Source of the DNA: Paragordius varius
Taxonomy: Eukaryota > Animalia > Nematomorpha
Length of the DNA: 64,000 bases
Direction: 5' to 3'
Assembly (NCBI GenBank): GCA_964247055.1
Contig: OZ176058.1
Span: forward strand, 1,550,001 to 1,614,000
The position numbers were made by a program, and so were the translations under genes. The first letter of the stretch is position 1, and each line of letters starts with the position of its first letter. Below the pieces are notes generated by a model that saw only the letters and a list, made by a program, of their open reading frames with translations, ran no database searches and was not told the origin of the DNA. Below, in pieces: positions 39,721-51,100 of this stretch.

Positions 39721-40824
39721 TTAGAAAATTTGCTCAGGCAAAATCGAGAAAAGAAATGTTAAAACATGCTCTTGATAAGTTTAATTATTTTAAACTTTAA
39801 AAATGAACGTTAAGATTAAGGAATAGGCGGTGGTTAAAATGGGCTTGTGTTTACTAACCATGATATATAAAAATACTGGAAACGCAAAACTTACGAATTT
39901 AAGTGATGCGCCAGGTGAAAAGATAACCACAAACAATTTTTTTGAAGGAAAGGGGGCCAGCATTTTAATCTTGCGCGGGGGAGAGGGGGGCACATTTTAT
40001 TTCACTGCTACCACCTCAAAATTTGATTAAATTATTCGTACATCTTCAAAATTATGTTAGATATAAATTGTTTTTTTTACAATAGAACCAAAATTAAAAA
40101 GTAAATGAACTTTCAAAATTGGTATGTAGAAATGTTTAACACCATCTTTATAATATCCAATAGCGGTTTTATACCGTTTCTACGCTAAATAATTTTTTGA
40201 GGTATGGAATTTTAAATATATTCTGCTATCAAAATTTACCATATATAATATTTTTATCGCGAATCCTAGGCATTTTCGGGTATATTTTTTAAGAATTTCA
40301 ATTTAGAAGGGCAAAAAATTGAGAGTTCAGGCTTACATCTAAAAATAATATTTTTTTAAATTGTGCTTTCAGGAAGTTTTTGATATATTTTATTGATATT
40401 TTATAAAATGAAGCCTTTAGCTTTCACCAAAAATATTTTATTGAAAAATCTCAAATTTCGCAATTTTTGATCGGATGGAATATGCTTTAACTAAATAAAT
40501 TATTAAAATAAACGTGAACAGCTCTTTTCTGATATGTTGAATTTACAAAAAATGTTAACAACTTTCTCATACCACTCGTTAGATCCAAAAATAAAACACC
40601 ATGATAATCCTGATACATTTTTAAAAACTATATAGTCCATTATGTTATTTTATTATACCCCTGAATGGATGCGCCGAAATATAAAAAAAGACTTATTTGA
40701 AACTGAAATTACATTTTTTTGGATACCTTAAGGTAAAAATTAAGTCAACGTGAATGATACATTAGCTGAATATGAAATATTCTAAACCATTCTTTTCTTT
40801 ATTTCAATGTTCGATGTGATTTAA

Positions 40825-41385
40825 CACTTCGATTCAAATTGGGGTATCTAAATACCCCAGACTAAATTTAACACTTTGATTCAAATTGAAGTATCTAAAA
40901 ACCCCAGGCTAAATATAAATTAATATATTTAAAAAATTGCTGAAGGAAACGGGCTCAATTTAAATTTAAGCTTCTATCCTGATAAACATATAAATATGGG
41001 ATATGATAAAATTTGTTTTGAAAAAAAAGTTCCATCTCAAACTACTTCGACGCCATTTTTATTTCACAAATATATTGCAAAATATCATATTCATTTAAAT
41101 TTTTATTTAAATTACATCTAACATTGATAGAAATAGCAAAAGCGGTTTATCTTGTATTATATTTTAATTTTACTATTGCACACATGTCAGATCGACTAAA
41201 TTTTAACCTTTCGGTTTTAGCTCAAAATAAATATACATGGGGTTTCAAAACTAAATTTAATAGATATATTGGCTTATTAATTTTTTATTTTGAAGAAGCA
41301 TAAATTATAATCGTTTATTAATTGTTTTTTTATAATAATTTGATATTATATGGGTTTACTAGATCCCCCAAGTTGAATCAAAGTG
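40825..41385. mobile_element. Rearranged TTAA-flanked MITE (family B) fragments
   Basis: Duplicated terminus TTAA-CACTTCGATTCAAATTGGGGTATC at 40821 and 40868, a reverse half, then a degraded forward half ending ..AATCAAAGTG. Confidence 0.65.
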
Positions 41386-41403
41386 TTCAATCACTGCTCT
41401 TAA

Positions 41404-41968
41404 CACTTGGATACAACACATCCATTTTAGTCCTTCGATTTTATTGGGGTAGTTAAATACCCCGGGCCTGTTTAAAATTAAATTTTTTAAAAAATATAAA
41501 AGGAATCGAAACCATGGCAAAATTCTGCATTTATATGACATTTATAAACCGAAATATATAAAAAATTTTATTCAAAAATACTTGATATTACTTATTTTAA
41601 GCTAAAACCAAATAAAAATTTAGTCAACGTAACATGTGTGCAATGGTAAAATTGAAAAAAAAATACAAAATAAACCGTTTTTTCTACTTCTATCATTTTT
41701 AGATGTAATTTAAATTAAAAAATAGCTTTAATTTACCCTTAAAATTAAATGAAGACGATATTTTGCAAAAATTTGTATAAAAATGTAAGTAGTTTGACAT
41801 GGAACTTTTTTTTAAAACAAAATTATTTTTGGATATTTTGACACATTTATATAATTTTTATTATGATAGAAGCATAAATTTTGATTGGGACCGTTTTCTT
41901 AGTAGTTTTTAAAAATCCTATTTAAATTTAGTCTGGGGTATTTAGATACCCCAACTTGAATCGAAATG
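41404..41968 (+). mobile_element. TTAA-specific, piggyBac-like MITE (family B), 565 bp
   Basis: TTAA on both sides (41400-41403, 41969-41972), CAC-type termini, and an internal repeat TTCGATTCAAATTGGG offset asymmetrically at the two ends, as in piggyBac. Ends 73 bp before the kelch-gene ATG. Confidence 0.75.
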
Positions 41969-42041
41969 TTAACAAACCTAATTTGAGTCAAATAAATAGG
42001 GGGGATGTTGGATGATAATCACATGTTAAAATCATTTTAAA

Positions 42042-42187
42042 ATGCCCGCGGCAATTCCTGATCCAGATTTGAGAAAATGCCTTATACATCTTTGCAACAT
42101 TCTTAAAAATTTTAATTATATGCGAATTAACGACGAATTATGTGACGTGACAATCAAAGTTGAAGAAGTATCTTTCAAAGCCCATAA
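42042..42187 (+). CDS. Kelch-like gene exon 1 (BTB start)
   Basis: MPAAIPD..NYMRINDELCDVTIKVEEVSFKAH; the start codon is uncertain (see findings). Confidence 0.75.
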
Positions 42188-45100
42188 GTTTTTAACCATT
42201 TTAAACATTTATAGAGCTATATTAAAAGCATGTTCTCCTTACTTTAATGCCATGTTCACCGGTAATTTAAAAGAAAATATAAATTGTGAGGTTATTTTAC
42301 ATAAAACATCGGCAACAGCTGTTAAAGCAATCTTAGGTATTTTATGTAAATATTTTAGATTATTTTTACACATTGCATATAACCGTCAATGAAACAAACG
42401 TGGAAAACCTTCTTTCAACCGCATGCCTATTTCAATTGGATGAAGTTCAACAAATGTGTGTTGATTGCCTAATAAAACTTATCAATGAAAATAACTGCTT
42501 GGGTATCAAAGCATTTGCTCATTTATACATGTGTAATAATTTGTATGATGAGGCAAAACGATATTCAGAACGTTATTTTAAAAAGGTTATATTAACATAG
42601 CAGTATATTCGTATATTGTAAGTATATTAGAGATCTAATAATTTTTAGGATGTGGATTATCAGTAAAAACAACACTATAAATAAAACCTTACCATATTGT
42701 TATAATTTCGGTCATGGTTAAAAAAAAGCAATGTATCGGAGAATGCATTAAATATATATATATATATACCCAAATTCTTAATATTTTTCCCTTATTTATA
42801 TGTGGGCACAATTATACTATAAAATATTTGTATTTTTGCAAAGCGCTTTGTGATTTTTTTTTGGTTTAGAGCTTATAAAAGTTGCAAAATTGGTGTACGT
42901 TATATCAATTTTTTTAGTTAAGATATAGGTATATAAAGTAATTTATTACTTTTTTGGTCTTCTACCCAAAGAAATTTTAATCTTAAAATTAATGCTGATA
43001 ATGAGCTATATTTAAAAATAAACATACTATGGTCTTTTATTCGCATTATTCATAAAATATTTAAGGGATATTTGATATATTTTTTCATGTTATCAAATAA
43101 ATAATTTAGGATAGAAGCATAAATTTAAAATCAAACCATGCCTTTTATTTATATCAATTTAAATATGGTGGGGTCACTATTTACCTTAATTTAAAACGAA
43201 TTTAATGCAGCCATTTATTATAAAGCGCAAATTTATAAGAAGTTTTTTTTGGAAATCCCTCGATCACTGTAAAAATGTTTATTTAAAAAAACTAAGTTTT
43301 GAAACAAACACTATCCAGTTCGTATTTATTTCAATTAGTGACTTCATTTATGATACATTGATTACCAAGCCAGGTTTCCATTAGCCCTAAGTATTATTAA
43401 AGAATCAATAGCATAAGAATTTAAATTATTTGTACTACCGTTGATGTTCCCTTAACAAGGACATAAACTTATTTATATTCTATTAATTCATTGATTTACT
43501 TAATAGCCGTATTCATAAGCGGTCAAATTAGGACACCTAATATAATATATTTTTATAATCTTTTATAGTTTATTACTATTTGTAATACATCCAATTGACA
43601 TTTCTAATAGATTACGAAATTGGTTATTTCTTGGAAATATTTATATAATTTATCGATTAAAAAATATATAAAAATACTAAATAGGTTGTTTTAACTGAAG
43701 AGTTTTTGCTCCTACCTTTGGATCAATTAATAGAACTAATATCAAGTAATACATTATTAACAACCGAGGAAAGAGTGTATGAAGCTGCCATTAAATGGAT
43801 TCGATACGATTTGGTTAAACGCCAAACGCATTCATATGATGTAAGTTAAATTATTCCATTCTTTGAACATTTTTAGCATCAAATTACCAAGCTAAAACAT
43901 ATAGTAATAAAAGATAATGTAATTAACATTGATTAAATTACATTAATAATTTTATGATTGTATTTTACATCATAACCAAATGTACACAAATGGTCATTGA
44001 AATTATGAACAATAAATATATTGTAGAAAAAAACCTTCATGGTTTTAGGTTTTGGGCCTTACTAGTGATTTATATATCATTTTATGATAATTGATTTATT
44101 TCAAATAATCGCAAAAATTATTTTTTCAAATAGAAAAGCAAAATCTATTTAACACTTGTATACAACACATTCATTTTAGTCCTTCGATTCGAATTGGGGT
44201 ATTTAAATACCCCAGGCCTGTTTAAAATTAAATTTTTAAAAAAATATGGAAGAAATCGAAAAAAACCATATAACATTAATAAACCGAAATATTTAATAAA
44301 TTCTTTTAAAAGTACTTGATATTACCTATTTTAAGCTAAAACCGAAAGGTAAAAATTTAGTCAAAGTAACATGTGTGCAATGGTAAAATTAAAAAATAAT
44401 ACAAAATAAACCGCTTTTTCTGTTTCTATCAATGTTAGATGTATTTTAATTAAAAATTAGCTTTATTCTACCCTTAAAATTAAATGAAGACGATACAAAA
44501 ATTTTGTAAAATAAAAATGGCGGCCAAGTAGGACATGGAGCTTTTTTTTTTCAAAACAAAATTTCATTTAAATATTTTGGCATATTTATATATTTCTTAT
44601 TAGGATAGAAGCATAAATTAAAATTGGGACCGTTTCTTTAGTATTTTTTAAAAATCTTAATTCAAATTTAGTCTGGGCTATTTAGATACCCCAAATTGAA
44701 TCGAAGAGTTAAAACTAACTATTTGGGACTTTGCACAAATGAGCTTTGCTAACAAAAACAAAAATTTGGTTGATAAAATTGCTAAATATATTTATTATAA
44801 ATTTAAAAAAATCCTACTTAGCTTTAAAATTTAAAGTCTATATTTTTTAAACCGTTACAAATATATTTTTACCTATTAGACGAAGCTATTATTATATCAC
44901 ATCTTTATAGTTTATCCAATTAGTTTTATAAACATATAGTTATAAACAAATTGATTAGAAATTAAGGTGATAGCAGCATCAAATTATGTGCGCAATCCTT
45001 GCTCTTTTGCGATTTTTCTGTAATTATCTATATAACGAAGTCCAAAAATATGAGACTTTTTTAATGGTTACAGAAGGTCTTTTTAACATAAATTTTATGT

Positions 45101-48100
45101 AGAGTAAACATTTAGCTACCCACTAAATTTATTTAGCAGATGCGCTAATTTTGCGATTTTTCATTAATAAGCCATCAAAAGCAATAGATATTTCGATGTT
45201 AGTTAACATAAGCTGATATATTAATTGGCCAACAATAACTAAAATTTTGTTAGTACAAATTATTGATAAACTTAGACGAATACAAGATATATGTAATTTA
45301 AATTTTGATCAAATTATAGGGAGAGATATGGCGTTTCACATATATAAACTTTTTTTCTATATAATTCAATGATGTTGTGGAATGTAACATAAACTTTAAA
45401 TAAAAAATCGTTTGTTGTTATATTAGCTATACAATAAAATAGGATCTATTAAAAGACGCAATGTTTTTAAGTGTGAGCCAATTTCGATCGTTATATAAAA
45501 AATTATTTATGGCTTTAAATGTTAAATATACCGTCCTGATTCAAAATAATATTAAAAATGTAATGCTCAATTTAATATTTATATTCATTTTTCAAACATT
45601 TTTTTAGATATTATAATTTGTTATCGCACAATCTCAGCCTTTTTACGTTTATTTACGAAAATTATCCAATGGGGTTTATGTATAAATTTTAAAATCTTAT
45701 AATCTTGTTAATATAGTATTTATAAAATAAAACTAAAAATTCTTTAGCATAATAACCGCTAATTTTGCGATTCGACACAAAGTTCTTCTCCCAAAAAACT
45801 TTCTTATAAAACTGTTAAGCCCAAACTTGAACCACCATGAAATCCTAAAGTTTTATTATCAGAAAATATTATAATCCCCTGATTTTTACTGCATCTGTAA
45901 AAGTTAAAATTATAAGTAATTGCCTGATATTTATTTTATTTAAATCATATTATATCTTTTTTTTATAATCTATCTATTGTGTTGCGAATAAAGATAAAAG
46001 GTGACACGCATTTATTTCTCAATTAAATTATATTTGCTTTTTTTATAAAATATATCTTTTAGTTATTGCGTTTTATCTTTTTAATATTCTAGCTTTTACT
46101 AGAAATATTTATCAACATGTATATTTAACTTGCGATTATTAATTTTACACTCGTGATCTACAATAGTTATATTTTTGACTTATCTATAAATTAGGTATTG
46201 CAACATATCCGATTTGAAAATTTGGCTCCTGCATACATTGTCAAAATTTCTACGACTGAAGAATTGATTAAGGATTCCTTACCTTGTCGAAATTTACTCG
46301 ATATAGCTAAAAATCATTTGCTGTTGAAAAAAATTGAAATAGATGCATCAAAAGTTTCTCAATCAGCAAACAAAATTAAGGGTGGTACCGCTCCCAAAGA
46401 CATTCTGTATGCAGGTGAGATTTTTTAGGTTATAAACATATTAATGATTCATTTATAATCTTTTAAAATTCAGTGTTTATACCTTAGAGGGAAACTTGAT
46501 AACATTGCAAATGTATACAAACGAATATTTTCTTAAAAGACTTCTAAAACCCCAAAACTGAAAGCGTTATAGAAATTCCGTTAGATATTTCATCAGGATA
46601 ATTTATTACACTAGACATTTTGCCACTCGAGTTTTTTGCATTTTGATGCTTATTATCATATTAACAGTAAATCCGAAATAAAAATTGTAACTTCACCTAA
46701 GAATTTTGTTAAATTAAATTTTTTATGATTATGCGCCCTTTTTATCAAAATTTATCAAAAAATGTTTTTCTTTTGAAAAATACAACATGTGCCCATTTTT
46801 ATTATATCATTCAAAAGAGTTAAACTCTATAAATACTAATATGTTTTACTTCCATAGTTAATTATTGACATAGGAAGCGACAAACCCGCGAAGCGAGAGT
46901 ATTTTTCATAATTAATATATTTTCTAAACTAATGAATGAAAATAGCTTTCTTTGTGATGGCAATATTGTGTACAAAAAATAACACAAGAAAATTTTGAAT
47001 AAAATTATTTATTGCTTTTATATCATTCAAAACAGACATTTTTATTTTTTTGTATTTAAAAAAATTAATTATTTTCTTTAGAAAGCTATAATTTCAAAAT
47101 ATAAAAGACCAAAAATAACCATTGTGTAAGTATTTACAGTTATAGCTATGCATTTTAGTATCCACCAGGTAAAATAATTTCGATTACCAACCAAACATTA
47201 AAAATATAATTTCTCCATTATGCGAATACAAGATCTGGCGTGGATTGGTTGGTTTCTTTGAGGATGTTATCCATTTAACGAATTCTTATTTCTCTTTTAC
47301 GAGCGCGCCAATTAAATCTTATAATGTGGCCAAAAAAGGATACTCTTTGCCGTATTAGGCTGCCCAGTAGTGACATTTTCGGTTAAACTTTATTTAACAC
47401 TTGGACACAACACATTCATTTTATTCCTTCGATTCAAATTGGGTAGTTGGATACCCCATGCCTGTTTAAAATTTAATTCTTTAAAAAATATGGGAATCGA
47501 AAAACCATGACAAAATTTTGCACTTATTTAACATTAATAAACCTAAGTATATAAAAAATTTATTCAAAAATACTTGATTTAACTTATTTTAAGCTAAAAC
47601 CCAAAGGTAAAAAATTATTCAACGTTACATTAAAATTGATATAATAATACAAAATAAACCACTTTTTCTATTTCTATCAATGTTGGATGTATTATAAATA
47701 AAAAATTAGCTTTAATTTTACTTTTAAAATTGCATGAAGACGATATGCAAAAATTTTGCAAAATCAAAATTGCGTCGAAGTTGGTTAACACTTCGATTCA
47801 AATTGGGGTATCTAAATACCCCAGACTAAATATAAATTAATATTTTAAAAAACTACTGAAGGAAACGGTCCCAATTTAAATTTATGCTTCTATCCTGGTA
47901 AATATTATATAAATATGCCAAAACATTTTGATAAAATTTTGTTTTGAAAAAAAAGCTCCATCTCAAAATATTTCGACGCCATTTTTATTTTACAAAATTT
48001 TTGCAAAATATCGTCTTTATTTAATTTTAAGGGTTAAACTAAAACTAATTTTTTATATAAATTACATCTAACATTGATAGAAATAGAAAAAGCGGTTTAG

Positions 48101-51100
48101 TTTGTATAATTTTTCAATTTTACAATTTGACTTATGTCACGTTGACGAAATTTTTACCTTTCAGTTTTAGCTTAAAATAAGTAATATCAAGTATTTTTGA
48201 ATAAATTTATAATTTCGGTTTATTAATGTTATATAAGTGCAAAATTTTGCCATGGTTTCGATTCCTTCTATATTTTTTAAAGAATTTAATTTTAAACAGG
48301 CCTGGGGTATTCAACTAACCCAATTTGAATCGAAGGACTAAAATGAGTGTGTTGTATCCAAGTGTTAACATAAAACTTTTTTTTCAAAACGAAATTTTAG
48401 ACAGATTTTTTGGCTCATTTATATAAATTCATTAAGATAGAAGCATAAATTTAAATTGGGACCGTTTCCTTCAGTATTTTTATAAAAATACTAACTTTAA
48501 TTAAGTCTGGGGTATTTAGATACCCCAATTTGAATCGAAGTGTTAAAATAATGCATTAAACTCATAATTCGAAAGAATTTATTAGTCGTTCGTCATATTT
48601 TCAGCGTCTAGCTTTCCCCCCCCCCCCCCCCCCCATATAGGAATGTGGGGAAAACTGTTGCTTGATTAATCTAATTTTGGTTTTTATTTGGATGTCATGT
48701 GACGTCCAAATCTTGTTGTATTTGAGTGTAACTGCTTTTGCAATGGCAATCTGGAGTTGAGTTTTTTTCATTGTTTATAATGCTGCCTAAAAACGTTAAA
48801 CTGTTTACCATTTCAGATTACCTGAGTTTTTGTTTGAGCCGTGTGATTTGTATTACTTTTGTTTTTTAGTCCGTATTTATCGCATTCAGTTGTAAACAAT
48901 TACAGAGCTTGCGATAATGTGTCCACATTGTCCGCAAATATAACTGTGTCATCCGCGTAATGAACGGATGTGAACAAGTTTTCTCCTACGTTGATGTCAT
49001 AAGTTTCTGGCATGTTTCTTAATATGCATTCGAGATATGCGTTAAAAGGAATTAGGGATAGAACGCCTCCTTGACGTAAGCCATCTCGCACCTTACATGA
49101 ATCAGTTATACCGTGAGGTGTAGATACCAAAACCGTGGAATTTAATAAATTGAGAATGTAACGTTGATTAAATGAGCTGATAATCCAAGTTGTTTTAGAG
49201 ATGATCGTAATTTATTGTGTTGAATGGAATCAAATGCTTTGGAAAAATCGACAAAGTACATGTGCAGTTCTTTGTTGAATAGGTTTTATAATATCGCTTT
49301 GGCTATAATCGGATTTGATTTTGGATTCTTTTTCAAAATCAAAATTATATACATACATGTAACTTACAACAACTTGTTTTAATAAAATTTTTATATGTTT
49401 CTTATCATTTAACATGTAAAATATATAGTTGGACACCCTCAGAATCTAGTCAGCTCCAAAATTTATGCATATAATGGTCATAACTGGTCTATATGCAGTC
49501 CAATGCGTGTCAGACGTGCTCACATGGGCATAGCTGTTGTCATGGGATATGTTTATGTCATAGGTGGATACAATCAAACTTTATTTTTTAATTCCATGGA
49601 AAGGTTGGCATATTGCTATTTTTTATTTTTTTATAATTTTATTTCGAACAGGAACGAGCATTAATATATGTCATATCTGAATTTTAAAAGGCCAAAAAGA
49701 GGTACAGTCATGTATCCTTTATTTTATCAAAAATTTATTTTTTTCGTTAAATGGGTATAAATATTTGGTAAAGAATGGAAAAAACAAGAGCTCTCTGGTA
49801 ATTCTTATACTTTTTCGATAAATATGATAGTTAATATCATAGAGCTCTTGTTTTTTCCATTCTGTACCAAATATTTATACCCATTTAACGAAAAAAAAAA
49901 TTTTTTAATAAAATAAAGGATACATAACTCTATTTAATATTTTCTTTTGCTATGTGTAAAATTTTTCAAATATAATAGTTACATATTTAATACACTTAAT
50001 TTTTTGTCCATCTAAAAAATGTAATAAGTAATAAAAACGAATAATTTCATACATAACTACTGACATTTAAAAATACCCTTAAGCCACTTGAAATGCTCGG
50101 TAATGTATATATTGGAATATTTTTACTTATCTATACAACTATACGCATCTTGCAGTCGATATATACCATTTTTCATGCAAACGCTATATTTTTTCATCCG
50201 AAATTTTTTTTAAATTAGTACTTATTTATTTTAAGCTTATATTATGGAATTTTAGCGTTGAATTATGATTCTTATTGTTTTATCATCAATATTTGATGGT
50301 GAATTATTTTTATTTTGCCCATAAATTGCATTATTTTTATAATTTTTTTCTTTTACAACAGTTTTCAATCAATAAATTTGCGCTTCAAGAGTGTCTTTAA
50401 AAGTTGTCCTTTATTAGAGTTGGTTCTTACATTTTTCGCAGTTTGCATACAACAGTTATTTTTGTATGTTAATATCTTTATTTATCAGTATTTTTTCATT
50501 CAAAATTAATATAATATTATATTGCTTCATTAACAAAAGTTAGAATCATAATTAAAATATAGAAGGACCTTGAATTCAATGAACAACTTCAAAAGTTCAA
50601 AGATGCAATTTTCTGGATTGAATATAGGTGAAACTTTTGTAAAAGAAGAATAATATATAAATAACTTATGCAATTTATGGGCAAAATTAAATGTTTAAAC
50701 AATAAATACCATCTAATATCGATGATAAAACAAAAGATCATAATTCAACGCTAAAGTTTCATTATATTAACTTAAAATTAAATAAATACATAATAATTAA
50801 ATTGTAATAAAATAAAAAACAATTCTTTTTAATTGTTTTTGGTTGCCTTGGGTTAAAAATCTTTGGTTGAAAATGTTTTTGCATGAAAAAATGTTGCGTT
50901 TGGTTAAGAAAACATGTTGTTTTTGCATGAAAAATGGTATATAAAAATTAAATTAAAAGCTGTTAATACCATATGTAAGTGTAAAATTTATAGTTTTTCG
51001 AATGTCAAAGCGTGGCTAAAGTTCAATTAGGTAAAAATTTGGTTGACATCAATTATACAATTAAGCATATTTAAAACACAAGTGGTATGTCAAAAAACGA

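Noticed and set aside
46415-46428. 14-nt GTGAGATTTTTTAG as a third micro-intron
   Set aside because: The following sequence has no Kelch similarity and soon stops, whereas splicing to 49429 gives a good Kelch repeat.
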